DNA of 43,453 nt from Halobacteriovoraceae bacterium (GTDB lineage: Bacteria; Bdellovibrionota; Bacteriovoracia; Bacteriovoracales; Bacteriovoracaceae): NCBI GenBank assembly GCA_040382895.1, contig JBEIEO010000001.1, positions 1 through 43,453 on the forward strand, given 5' to 3'. Position 1 is the first letter of the stretch, and each line of letters begins with the position of its first letter. The position numbers and the translations under genes are program-made. The notes below the pieces were generated by a model. It did no database searches. It saw only the letters and a program-made list of their open reading frames with translations, and had not been told where the DNA came from. Positions 1-8,291 of the stretch are shown here, one piece after another.

Positions 1-478
1 AGATGGTAATCATCTGCTTTCTCTCAACGGCTTGATCCAATTGGGTGACAACTTCCTGTTGGACTTCACTTAAGTGAGAATCCCAGTTTTCGAGCTGGTT
101 TAACAACTCCATCATGGCCTTAATCGGACCATTTTCGGTAACTTTCTTTTTTAGAGCATTGAGAGAGCTATTTTTCTTTAGTTGATTGGGAGGCACCTGA
201 GACAAGACGTCATGAAGACTCAACCATTCAGACGGAGTTAAAGGAAGCATGTATTGAAGGGCATTGGCATCGATATCAACCATGCATTCTTCTTCAACAG
301 TATAGACTTCAGCTCCTAGTCCTCCGGGAAACACGGTTCTCAGAAAGATTAAGGTATCTTCTGGTGAAAGACCTATTTCCAAGGAAAGATCATGGAGCCG
401 GATACTCCCCTGTTTTTCACCAATTAGCACTAGTTTCTTCATCACATCGGGGGATAGCTTAGAACCTAAAAGTTTCAT
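1..478 (-). CDS. Putative WYL-domain transcriptional regulator (PafC-like), 3' end outside the window
   Basis: Not in the ORF track. Manual translation from ATG at 478 is open to the window edge: MKLLGSKLSPDVMKK...IRLHDLSLEIGLSPEDTL (wHTH-like)...PLTPSEWLSL...LDQAVERKQMITI, matching the PafC/WYL layout (LTxxExxxL, then LxxAIxxxxxVxI). RBS GAGG upstream. Confidence 0.6.
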   Translation of the reverse strand, partial: MKLLGSKLSPDVMKKLVLIGEKQGSIRLHDLSLEIGLSPEDTLIFLRTVFPGGLGAEVYTVEEECMVDIDANALQYMLPLTPSEWLSLHDVLSQVPPNQLKKNSSLNALKKKVTENGPIKAMMELLNQLENWDSHLSEVQQEVVTQLDQAVERKQMITI

Positions 479-501
479 CAAAACCTCATTCTTGAGTATA
501 T

Positions 502-529
502 TTATCGGCTAAGCTCCCCCAACTCTTTA
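502..529 (-). promoter_or_regulatory. Sigma-28 (FliA)-type promoter
   Basis: Minus strand reads TAAA-N16-GCCGATAA (perfect -10 element), 23 nt upstream of the ATG at 478. Confidence 0.65.
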
Positions 530-564
530 GTGCAAATTTTAACTTTTCACGGGATACTAGGGTT

Positions 565-1053
565 ATGTTGTGGAATTCTTTAATGAAAAAGCCAATCCTG
601 ATGATGGGAATTATTATGTTCTCACTCTTTCTCTATCAGGTGGCGAGCAAGGAGAAATGGGGTATCTTTGCCAACCAGAAGCTCATCTCTACCTCGTGTA
701 AAGGTGTTCTAGTAGGTCTGGAGCGACGTATTCCTCAGAACTGGAAAGTCTTCTGTGAAGGCAACAATCTGGCCGTGGAAATTGTTGAAGTGGCCATCCC
801 TGAGAAAGCCTCAAATCTGAAATCCCTCCTCTATCGCCAATTGGCCAATCACATGGCCCATGTGGCACAAATATCAACAGTAGATATTCTTGAGAAAGTT
901 CTCTTTGTGAGATTTCGTCTAGTTCATCCAGGTATGGAGATCAATGCCGTAACGGAAGGGAAATTCATCGTTAAATTAGCGACCCTGACTAACCCTGAGC
1001 ATATTATGAGTCATCTCAAGACAACTGTTCAGGTCAAAGAAACGGTCAAATAA
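565..1053 (+). CDS. Hypothetical protein with N-terminal hydrophobic anchor/signal (start may be ATG 583)
   Basis: 162-aa ORF; MKKPILMMGIIMFSLFLY hydrophobic N-terminus; no recognised domain. Confidence 0.7.
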   Translation: MLWNSLMKKPILMMGIIMFSLFLYQVASKEKWGIFANQKLISTSCKGVLVGLERRIPQNWKVFCEGNNLAVEIVEVAIPEKASNLKSLLYRQLANHMAHVAQISTVDILEKVLFVRFRLVHPGMEINAVTEGKFIVKLATLTNPEHIMSHLKTTVQVKETVK

Positions 1054-1878
1054 ATCGGCCAGAGCATCTTCTTCTGAATAATCCCATTCATAGCGAAGCG
1101 CGTGTAGGAACAAGCGGTCAGATTTTCGTCCACCGTAAAGTTCATCTCCCAGGATGGGGAATCCCAGGGCAGATAGCTGTGCTCTGATTTGATGGCGAAG
1201 CCCAGTGCGCAGATTAACCATCAAAAGACTTTTTCCGTCTTTGAAAGCAATTTTGTGAACAGTCAGATTTCCTTCATCAGCGTCCTGATGAGGATGAATA
1301 TCCACCTTCTGCTTAGCACCCTTTACACCGGTGGCACGGAAGTAATGAGTCCAGCTTCCTTGCTGATCAAAGTCACCTTCAACAATAGCCCAGTATATTT
1401 TTCGTTTCATACGTTCTTTGAAACCAACCCGCATTTCTTCGAAAAACTTTTCATTGCGTGCAACTAACATCAAACCAGATGTCTCGTAATCAAGTCGAAA
1501 AATGAGTCCACGGTCATAGTGCTCGGGATTGACCATCAGGGTATCCCAGTGACCTTCCTGGGCCAGGAAATTGATGAGGGTATCTTTGTCGGTATAGCAC
1601 AAAGGATGAGAATGAACCCCACTGGGTTTATGTAAAACTAGATACTGTGGTCTCTCTTCTAGTACCGTGGGCGTTGGTCCCTCGAAAACGGGATTAATTT
1701 TCATATGATTAACCAGATCCAATGGGAGCCGGGAGACCGAGTGAGATTTAAGACTTCGGTTGAGTTCTTTGGAAGAAAAATGTTTCTTAAGTAGCTGTCC
1801 TGAACATTTTAGGACAGCTTGCAGAGCTTCTTTGTGATTGGATTCATCATCGAGCCAGGAAAATTCCACGAAGTCCAT
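976..1878 (-). CDS. RluA-family pseudouridine synthase
   Basis: KPSG motif, catalytic RLDYETSG, TGLRHQIRAQL, PILGDELYG and LFLHA. Confidence 0.93.
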   Translation of the reverse strand: MDFVEFSWLDDESNHKEALQAVLKCSGQLLKKHFSSKELNRSLKSHSVSRLPLDLVNHMKINPVFEGPTPTVLEERPQYLVLHKPSGVHSHPLCYTDKDTLINFLAQEGHWDTLMVNPEHYDRGLIFRLDYETSGLMLVARNEKFFEEMRVGFKERMKRKIYWAIVEGDFDQQGSWTHYFRATGVKGAKQKVDIHPHQDADEGNLTVHKIAFKDGKSLLMVNLRTGLRHQIRAQLSALGFPILGDELYGGRKSDRLFLHALRYEWDYSEEDALADLFDRFFDLNSCLEMTHNMLRVSQGR

Positions 1879-1881
1879 GGA

Positions 1882-2679
1882 TTACTGTGCATCCACTTTT
1901 CTGCCTTCAGTTCTCAGGTCGATTTTCTTCAGGAGAAATTCCACCCGGCGATCTGAAACATTCGGGTTGATCTTGTCCTGAGGGCGAGAGTCACCATAAA
2001 AGATGGTGGTGATCCTTTCAGGAGATATCCCTCGCTGAATAAGGGACTTGGAAACTGCAAGTGCACGCTGAGACGAAAGGAGATACGCATCAATAGTTTT
2101 ATCCTTTGCTGATACTTCGCCTGCTTCAGCATGACCTTCGATCATAATGTGCCAGTTATTTTCTCTTAGCATTTTAACCAGTCGCTCGAATACCTGGATA
2201 TTGATATCATCGATGCCAGTAGAGCCGGCACGAAAATAGATCTTATCTTTCATCCGCACGTTGATACTTTCAGGCATCTCATACACATTGGCCGCATCTG
2301 AAAGTTCGTTATCTGCGAGCATCTTTTTCAATTGATTCAACTGAGCATCGGATTCTCGATTGATCTCATGCTTATCCAACAAACCTTCAGCAGTCAGAAA
2401 TTCGATAGGAAAAGGTTTGGATGGCATATCTGAATCGATCATCGTCGGAGCATCACTCGGAGACTTACCTGGACGCATCACTTCGCCCGCTTTGAGTACG
2501 TTACCACCGAATGCATTTCTTAATGACCCAATCGCTGCCTCATACTTTGCTGTTTCAGTTTTTGCAAACGAAAGAAGAAGAATGAAGAACGTCAGAAGTA
2601 ATGTACACAAATCGGAGAAGGTCGCCAGCCACCCGGGAGCCCCGGGCTTACAGGGAGGACACTTAGGAGCGTCTGCCAT
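1882..2679 (-). CDS. motB: Flagellar stator B subunit (MotB/PomB-like)
   Basis: WLATFSDLCTLLLTFFILL TM with conserved Asp; OmpA-like C-terminus (IEGH, LSSQRA, RRVE). Confidence 0.93.
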   Translation of the reverse strand: MADAPKCPPCKPGAPGWLATFSDLCTLLLTFFILLLSFAKTETAKYEAAIGSLRNAFGGNVLKAGEVMRPGKSPSDAPTMIDSDMPSKPFPIEFLTAEGLLDKHEINRESDAQLNQLKKMLADNELSDAANVYEMPESINVRMKDKIYFRAGSTGIDDINIQVFERLVKMLRENNWHIMIEGHAEAGEVSAKDKTIDAYLLSSQRALAVSKSLIQRGISPERITTIFYGDSRPQDKINPNVSDRRVEFLLKKIDLRTEGRKVDAQ

Positions 2680-2682
2680 AGA

Positions 2683-3447
2683 TTACTCCTTTTTTTCCTC
2701 AACTAAACGTTCTCCTGGAGGCAGGAATGAATCCAGCTTCTCACGGATAACTCGTGGGTTTTCACCGGCCACGATTCCCAATACACCTGCGATAACGATG
2801 TTCATTTTCGTCGATTCTTGTTTTGAGCGTTGCTTGAGCTTTGCAGCTACCGGAATGGTGAATACGTTAGCAATCACCGACCCATAAAAGGTAGTCAAGA
2901 GAGCAACCGCCATCGCTGGACCAATCGAAGAAGGATCCGACATGTTCTGAAGCATCTGCACCAGACCAATCAGTGTACCAATCATACCGAAAGCGGGACC
3001 ATCTGCTCCCATCCCTTCCAGCATATCCACCCCTTTAGAGTGACGATCTTCCATAGCGGCGATTTCCAGGGACAGAATAGAAGTGATAACTTCAGGTGGA
3101 CGGTTATCTGCAGCGAGAGTTACAGCTTTCTTTAAAAATTTATCCTCGACAGGAACTTTTTCCAAAGCAAATACTGATTCACGACGAGCTGTCTCAGCGA
3201 GCTTTTGAATCTCTTCAATCATCGCCTTCGTATCAACCGGCGTGGAGAAAATGGATTTCATGAAGTAAGCAACCAGCATCTTCACGTTTTCCATTGGCCA
3301 TTTAATCAGAGTCGTTGCAATAACCCCACCGATAACCACCACGATCGAAGGAGGATCGATGAAAATTGAGAGTGGCGAACCATAAAGAATAGACCCGATA
3401 ATCGCGAGTGTAGCGAGTATGAGTCCGACAACGGTTGAAATATCCAT
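2683..3447 (-). CDS. motA: Flagellar stator A subunit (MotA/PomA-like)
   Basis: PAFGMIGTLIGLV and GPAMAVALLTTFYG motifs; GENP near the C-terminus; adjacent to motB. Confidence 0.95.
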   Translation of the reverse strand: MDISTVVGLILATLAIIGSILYGSPLSIFIDPPSIVVVIGGVIATTLIKWPMENVKMLVAYFMKSIFSTPVDTKAMIEEIQKLAETARRESVFALEKVPVEDKFLKKAVTLAADNRPPEVITSILSLEIAAMEDRHSKGVDMLEGMGADGPAFGMIGTLIGLVQMLQNMSDPSSIGPAMAVALLTTFYGSVIANVFTIPVAAKLKQRSKQESTKMNIVIAGVLGIVAGENPRVIREKLDSFLPPGERLVEEKKE

Positions 3448-3484
3448 AAAACACCTTCAGCAAAAAAGAATCTTTATGCTGTAA

Positions 3485-3511
3485 GTATCGGAATCCAGAA
3501 AATGAACTTAA
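3485..3511 (-). promoter_or_regulatory. Sigma-28-type promoter of motAB
   Basis: TTAAGTTC-N11-TCCGATAC against consensus TAAAGTTT-N11-GCCGATAA, directly upstream of motA. Confidence 0.6.
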
Positions 3512-3622
3512 GCGTGTGAAACTACTTTAAAGCGCCGCTCTCCCGAGCGAATCACTCGGAGACACTTAAAATCTTCAATGCTGACTAGGGATTTTTGTTT
3601 TTTAGAGATGCAGAAAGATGGC

Positions 3623-3652
3623 AAAAAAAAACCCAGGACAAGCCTGGGTTTT
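3623..3652 (-). terminator. Rho-independent terminator
   Basis: AAAACCCAGG-ACAAG-CCTGGGTTTT hairpin with an A9 run (U-tract on the minus strand), downstream of ORF 3671-3886. Confidence 0.8.
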
Positions 3653-3670
3653 ATAATTGGAGGGGCGATC

Positions 3671-3886
3671 TTACTTATCATCCCCAACAAGTAACATGGT
3701 AGAGTCGATATATGTAAGCATGGCCGATCTCAAATCTTCCAAAGAAACTTCCTGATCATCCTGACCCTTAAATATTTCTTCTTTGATCATTTCGATAGGA
3801 AAGCCAGTCATCTTAGCCAAAGCCTCGAGACTTATCTTTCCATTCTTATTTTCCGAACCATTCAGGTTCAGATCCGGTGCCATCAT
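3671..3886 (-). CDS. Small acidic hypothetical protein (~71 aa)
   Basis: AAGGAG RBS before ATG 3886; own terminator; upstream TTGACT-N18-TATGCT. Confidence 0.7.
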   Translation of the reverse strand: MMAPDLNLNGSENKNGKISLEALAKMTGFPIEMIKEEIFKGQDDQEVSLEDLRSAMLTYIDSTMLLVGDDK

Positions 3887-3940
3887 TCTTAACTCCTTGA
3901 ATAATTGGCCACTCAATCCTTAGAGTAGCAAGTTGCTCAA

Positions 3941-3970
3941 AGCATATCGATGGGCCAAAAACAAAGTCAA
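3941..3970 (-). promoter_or_regulatory. Sigma-70-type promoter candidate
   Basis: TTGACT-N18-TATGCT on the minus strand. Confidence 0.4.
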
Positions 3971-4052
3971 TGAATGCACTAGTAGATGTAAGTTTATGTT
4001 AGAGGATGCTTGAGTTTTCTTCTTCAAGTCATTAAAATGACAGAATTAAAAT

Positions 4053-5210
4053 TTAATAACCTCGGATTTTCAATAATGTTAGAAAGCTGGAAACCTTAGC
4101 TTCCATCTCTTTAAACTCATCTACGGGCCGAGAAAGCAAAGTAATACCACCACCCGCCCCGTAGCGCCAAAGGCGCTCTTCAAGGCCGATATTGGCAGTT
4201 CTGATGTTAATGCTCGCCGATTTTCTGTTTCCCCAGCACAGAATGGTCGATCCGCAATAAATGCCCCTTTGAGCTCTTTCGCTGGATTGGATGATATCCA
4301 TCACTCTTTTTTTAGGGGCTCCCGTAATGCTGCCGCCAGGGAAAAGTGAGCGCATGGTTTGACCCAAGGAAAGCGGGCCCGCAATTTTTAAGGAAATTAA
4401 TGAAAACTGATGCAGTAGTCCTGGAACAATTAACGGGGCCCGAAGCTTAAGCACTTGCGCTTGAGGTTTTTGCAATCGATTAAGATCATTTTTAAGCAGG
4501 TCGCTGATCATTAAAAGCTCCCCTTCTTCTTTTCTGTCGGCGAGCATTTGTTTCCACAGTGCCGGGATTTTTTTTCCTTTCGTCTTCATGGTGCCCTTAA
4601 TAGGCATGGTAAAGATTTCATTGGCACGATATTGAAACAAACACTCAGGCGAATTACTTAAGATCATCTCTTCACCCAAGTAAGTGCAGTGGGCATAAGC
4701 TCCCAGATCTTTCTGGGCAAAAAAGTAATCAGCAATGTCCCGTGGGTCCAATAGATCTTCCGTGGCAAAATCAAAAGGATAAGTGAGATTCACCTGATAA
4801 CAATTTCCAGCAATCAGTTCATCCTGAATCTTTTGAAAAGCTTCTTTGTACTCGCTCCATGAGGGACGTTCCAGTGTTTGGAGCGGAATATTTTTGAGAC
4901 GAGGCTTTCGGGGAACTCGTTTTTTTGCGGACTGGTATTCAATCATGATGGCCAGAGGCTGCTCATCAGTAATGGAATGTCCCATCTGCCACAATCCATA
5001 CTCATAATAAAAATGAAACACGACAGGTTTAGTAAAATGATCCTGAAGCTGAATTTTATCCAGATCCGACTGAAAAGTTTCAATGGAATATGTTTCAGGA
5101 AAGCCGGTCAACAAATTCAGACGTTGCTTTCGAAAATAGATATAAGCTTTAGTTGGATGCTGAAGCTCTAAAATGGTTTCTTTATTCCACTTAAAGCGGG
5201 AAAAAATCAT
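4053..5210 (-). CDS. pabB: Chorismate-binding enzyme, aminodeoxychorismate synthase component I-like
   Basis: CYQVNL, SPE, PIKGT (PabB-type Lys), DLLKNDL, FPGGSITGAPK, INIRT and GAGGGIT motifs. Confidence 0.8.
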   Translation of the reverse strand: MIFSRFKWNKETILELQHPTKAYIYFRKQRLNLLTGFPETYSIETFQSDLDKIQLQDHFTKPVVFHFYYEYGLWQMGHSITDEQPLAIMIEYQSAKKRVPRKPRLKNIPLQTLERPSWSEYKEAFQKIQDELIAGNCYQVNLTYPFDFATEDLLDPRDIADYFFAQKDLGAYAHCTYLGEEMILSNSPECLFQYRANEIFTMPIKGTMKTKGKKIPALWKQMLADRKEEGELLMISDLLKNDLNRLQKPQAQVLKLRAPLIVPGLLHQFSLISLKIAGPLSLGQTMRSLFPGGSITGAPKKRVMDIIQSSERAQRGIYCGSTILCWGNRKSASINIRTANIGLEERLWRYGAGGGITLLSRPVDEFKEMEAKVSSFLTLLKIRGY

Positions 5211-6550
5211 TTTTCCTCAGGTCTTTGGGCCATGTCAGCAAACTTTGTCTGAGAACCAATCCAGGAAAGGTCAACAGTACCAGGCTCGCCGTTACGGTTT
5301 TTAGCAATGATTACTTCCGCAATCCCTTTCTTAGGAGTGTTTGGATCGTAGTAATCTTCACGGTGAATCAGGCACACGATGTTGGCATCCTGCTCGAGTG
5401 ATCCGGACTCGCGCAAATCCTGCAGCTGAGGACGACGGTCAGTACGGGAGGCCGCAGTACGGTTAAGCTGTGATAAAGCCACAACAGGAATTTCCAGCTC
5501 GTTGGCCAGCATCTTAAAGCCTCGGGAAAGCTCGGCGATTTCCTGTTCACGGTTTTGTTTTTTCACGTGCATGGGCATGATCTGCAAGTAATCCACGATG
5601 ATCATGGCCAGTCCCTGCTCCGATTTTAATTTACGGCAGTAAGAACGAATATCCATCAGGTTGGTGGAACCATTATCGTTGATGTAAAGCTTCAGGTTCG
5701 AAAGTTTCTGAACAGCATTTGAAATTTGCCGCAGATCCATTTCATTAAACTCTTTGGTTTTGAGTTTTCTTGAATCCACACAGGCCTCTGAGGCCAAAAG
5801 ACGCATAGATAATTCTGCGTACATCATCTCGTAAGAAAACACCGCCACGGCCATATTTGTTTGTTTGGCAGCGGCTACCGCCCAGTTGAGTGCTAATGCA
5901 GTCTTTCCCATACCGGGACGAGCTGCAATCAGCACCAGTTGACCTGGCTGAAGACCCAGGAGCATTCTGTCGATAGAGGCAAAACCGGTGGATACACCAG
6001 TAATCTCACCCTTGGCCCGAGCGGGCTTTTCGAGTTCTTTTAAATTTTCATAGAGCGCCTGCTTGAGCGGCACCATTTTATTATTTTTAGTCTGAGCAGT
6101 GAGTTTGAAGAAACTTGCCTCTACTTCCTGAAGGAATGTCTCAACGTCACCAGTGAAGTTAGTCCCGGTCTGCATCACGCGGGTAGCGGTTCTAACCACA
6201 TCTCTTAAAACACCTTTAGACTTAATAAGTTTTGCATAGTGCTCGACATTGGCCGAAGATCCGATTTCATCACAGATTTCCACTAGTGCTGACTGACCGC
6301 CTACTCTTTCCAGTTTCCCATGATCGTTGAGCTTAGAGGATACAGTCACGATATCAATCGGCTGTGCTTCCATATAAAGATCTTTAATGGCTTCAAAGAT
6401 GATGGCGTATTGTGGGTGATAAAAATCGTCTTTACTCAGATTGATATCGGAGATCTCATCAAAGCTTTGATTGTCGATGAGGAGACACCCCAAAAGGGCC
6501 TTCTCAGCAGCAATATCATGAGGCAATTCGTTACTCTTATCCTGTGCCAT
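5207..6550 (-). CDS. dnaB: Replicative DNA helicase
   Basis: PHDIAAE N-terminus, AARPGMGKT Walker A, VDYLQ, LSQLNR, DLRESGSLEQDA, IAKNRNG. Start set at ATG 6550 after GGAG. Confidence 0.97.
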   Translation of the reverse strand: MAQDKSNELPHDIAAEKALLGCLLIDNQSFDEISDINLSKDDFYHPQYAIIFEAIKDLYMEAQPIDIVTVSSKLNDHGKLERVGGQSALVEICDEIGSSANVEHYAKLIKSKGVLRDVVRTATRVMQTGTNFTGDVETFLQEVEASFFKLTAQTKNNKMVPLKQALYENLKELEKPARAKGEITGVSTGFASIDRMLLGLQPGQLVLIAARPGMGKTALALNWAVAAAKQTNMAVAVFSYEMMYAELSMRLLASEACVDSRKLKTKEFNEMDLRQISNAVQKLSNLKLYINDNGSTNLMDIRSYCRKLKSEQGLAMIIVDYLQIMPMHVKKQNREQEIAELSRGFKMLANELEIPVVALSQLNRTAASRTDRRPQLQDLRESGSLEQDANIVCLIHREDYYDPNTPKKGIAEVIIAKNRNGEPGTVDLSWIGSQTKFADMAQRPEEK

Positions 6551-6663
6551 GGAAAGCATCTCCAAAATGTCTGAAAGTGTGGGGAGACTTTAACTCATGT
6601 GCGGAGTTTAAAGGTAGAAAATCTTCAAAAATGTTAAAAGAAGTTAGATTATGAGAGGGAGAA

Positions 6664-6695
6664 TACCCGAGAGAGAATATAATCTCTCCCGGGTA
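6664..6695 (-). terminator. Hairpin after rplI (terminator or processing site)
   Basis: TACCCGAGAGAGA-ATATAA-TCTCTCCCGGGTA inverted repeat between rplI and dnaB; weak U-tract. Confidence 0.55.
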
Positions 6696-6707
6696 AATAG
6701 AAAAAAA

Positions 6708-7280
6708 TTACTCAGCGTTAGCAGCAGCTTCTGCTTCAGCAGCAGCGGCAGCTTTAGCAGCTTCAGCTTTAGCTTTCTTCTCAGCGTTACGCTTCTGAGC
6801 TTCAGCCTGTTCTTTCTTAAGTTGCTCAGCCATAGCAGCATCGATAGCAACTTTAAGTTTGAAAGTAGCTGTCACATCGTTGAATAGCTTAGCTTTTACA
6901 TCGTATGTTCCAAGAGACTTGATTGAGCCTTCAACAGTAAGAAGACGGCGCTCAACGTTGATGCCTTTCTTCTCAAGTTCTTTAGCTACTTCAGAAGTTG
7001 TAACTGCACCGAAAAGACGGCCGTTAGATCCAACTTTCTTGATTAGCTCAACAGTGATGCCTTCAAGCTTCTTCTTAAGAGCTTCAGCTTCGGCTTTCTC
7101 ACCAGCGATTTTCTTAGCAAGACCTTTCTGCTTATCTTTAAGAACGTTTGAGTTCTTCTCATCAGCAAGAATGGCAAGCTTTCTAGGGTAAAGGTAGTTA
7201 CGAGCGAAACCGGCAGATACGTTTACGATCTCTCCGATGTTTCCAAGTGCCTTAACCTTTTCAATAAGGATGACTTTCAT
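6708..7280 (-). CDS. rplI: 50S ribosomal protein L9 with Ala/Glu/Lys-rich C-terminal tail
   Basis: MKVIL...LGNIGEIVNVSAGFARNYL; GRLFGAVT; IKSLG. Confidence 0.97.
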   Translation of the reverse strand: MKVILIEKVKALGNIGEIVNVSAGFARNYLYPRKLAILADEKNSNVLKDKQKGLAKKIAGEKAEAEALKKKLEGITVELIKKVGSNGRLFGAVTTSEVAKELEKKGINVERRLLTVEGSIKSLGTYDVKAKLFNDVTATFKLKVAIDAAMAEQLKKEQAEAQKRNAEKKAKAEAAKAAAAAEAEAAANAE

Positions 7281-7297
7281 ATTAAACTCCTTGAATC

Positions 7298-8275
7298 TTA
7301 ATCTTCAATTTTTGGTTTTACGAAATACTTTCTAAAATCAAACCAGTTATCAAATAAACCAGCAGCCGCGATAAGGTACTTACCCGTGAAAATCACGAAC
7401 ATCACCATCAGGGCGCGGAAGAAACCAACGATTCCCAAAAAAGATAAAAGGTCACTGAACACACCAAAGCCCTGGAAGAAATAAAAAATTCCGAGGCACT
7501 TGATGATGGTGAATCCAATCATCTCACTGTACTGATACCCAATTTGATTTCCCCAGACTGCGAGTGCCAGGCCAACGGCCAGAAGCATAACGAAGCCGAA
7601 GGGTACTTTAAAATTCAAAAGATTCTTCTCTGAATAAGGATACTCAGTTCCGGATAACAAAAGCCTGCGGCTTTTTAGAACCAGGAACATGTTAAACCAA
7701 AGCATCAAAAAAACGCCGATGAAAAAATAGCCAGGCATGGTTTCGAAAAACACTTTGGCCAGCTTGTCCGGACGGTCAAGCAGCTGAAGGGCTTCAGCAT
7801 CATACTGGGAACTTTGTTCGATCATCTTTTTCTGCTCTTGCAGCTTATCCTTACTTTTCTCGAGCTGTTGCTCAATGAACTGAACCGGAGACATATTTTT
7901 TGAACTAACCACGATAGCAAAAAGAGCTGTGATCGAAAAAATGAATCCGAGTCCAAACGTTACAAGTCCCTTCACCGGTGAAATACCACGATTGACGATC
8001 TCAGCGATTGCAAAACCGAAAATCATTACACAGGCGTAAAAACCAAACAACGTCAGATCCTGGTACAGGCCATAGGCAAAAGCAAAGCTTAAACCAAGAC
8101 CAAGCAGACCAGTTAAAAAACCTTTAGTGCGGCCATACAAGATGACAGCAAGGGCCAGGGGGAACGGAGCAAATACTGACATAATAAAACTGATACAAAG
8201 GACGACAGAAGACACGCCTAAAAGTAGGAGCCTTTTCGTCGACAGTTGTGGGTTTTGCATTACTTCAGTACTCAT
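7298..8275 (-). CDS. YybS/DUF2232-family membrane protein
   Basis: Multi-TM protein; YFFQGF and C-terminal GLFDNWFDFRK motifs; typical position between rpsR and rplI. Confidence 0.85.
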   Translation of the reverse strand: MSTEVMQNPQLSTKRLLLLGVSSVVLCISFIMSVFAPFPLALAVILYGRTKGFLTGLLGLGLSFAFAYGLYQDLTLFGFYACVMIFGFAIAEIVNRGISPVKGLVTFGLGFIFSITALFAIVVSSKNMSPVQFIEQQLEKSKDKLQEQKKMIEQSSQYDAEALQLLDRPDKLAKVFFETMPGYFFIGVFLMLWFNMFLVLKSRRLLLSGTEYPYSEKNLLNFKVPFGFVMLLAVGLALAVWGNQIGYQYSEMIGFTIIKCLGIFYFFQGFGVFSDLLSFLGIVGFFRALMVMFVIFTGKYLIAAAGLFDNWFDFRKYFVKPKIED

Positions 8276-8291
8276 GCTGATTTATTACCTC

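Noticed and set aside
2360-3135. Antisense ORFs over motAB (and similar ones over nupC, rplI, ctpA, sppA etc.)
   Set aside because: Shadow frames of well-supported genes, with no motifs or RBS.
3533-3562. Short GC-rich inverted repeat upstream of the motA promoter
   Set aside because: Only a 5-7 bp stem with no known motif; not enough support.
3940-3957. Possible sigma-54 promoter (TGGC…TGC) on the minus strand
   Set aside because: GG-to-GC spacing is 11 rather than the required 10.
7298-8275. yybS between rpsR and rplI as an unusual arrangement
   Set aside because: This gene order is already known from several phyla.
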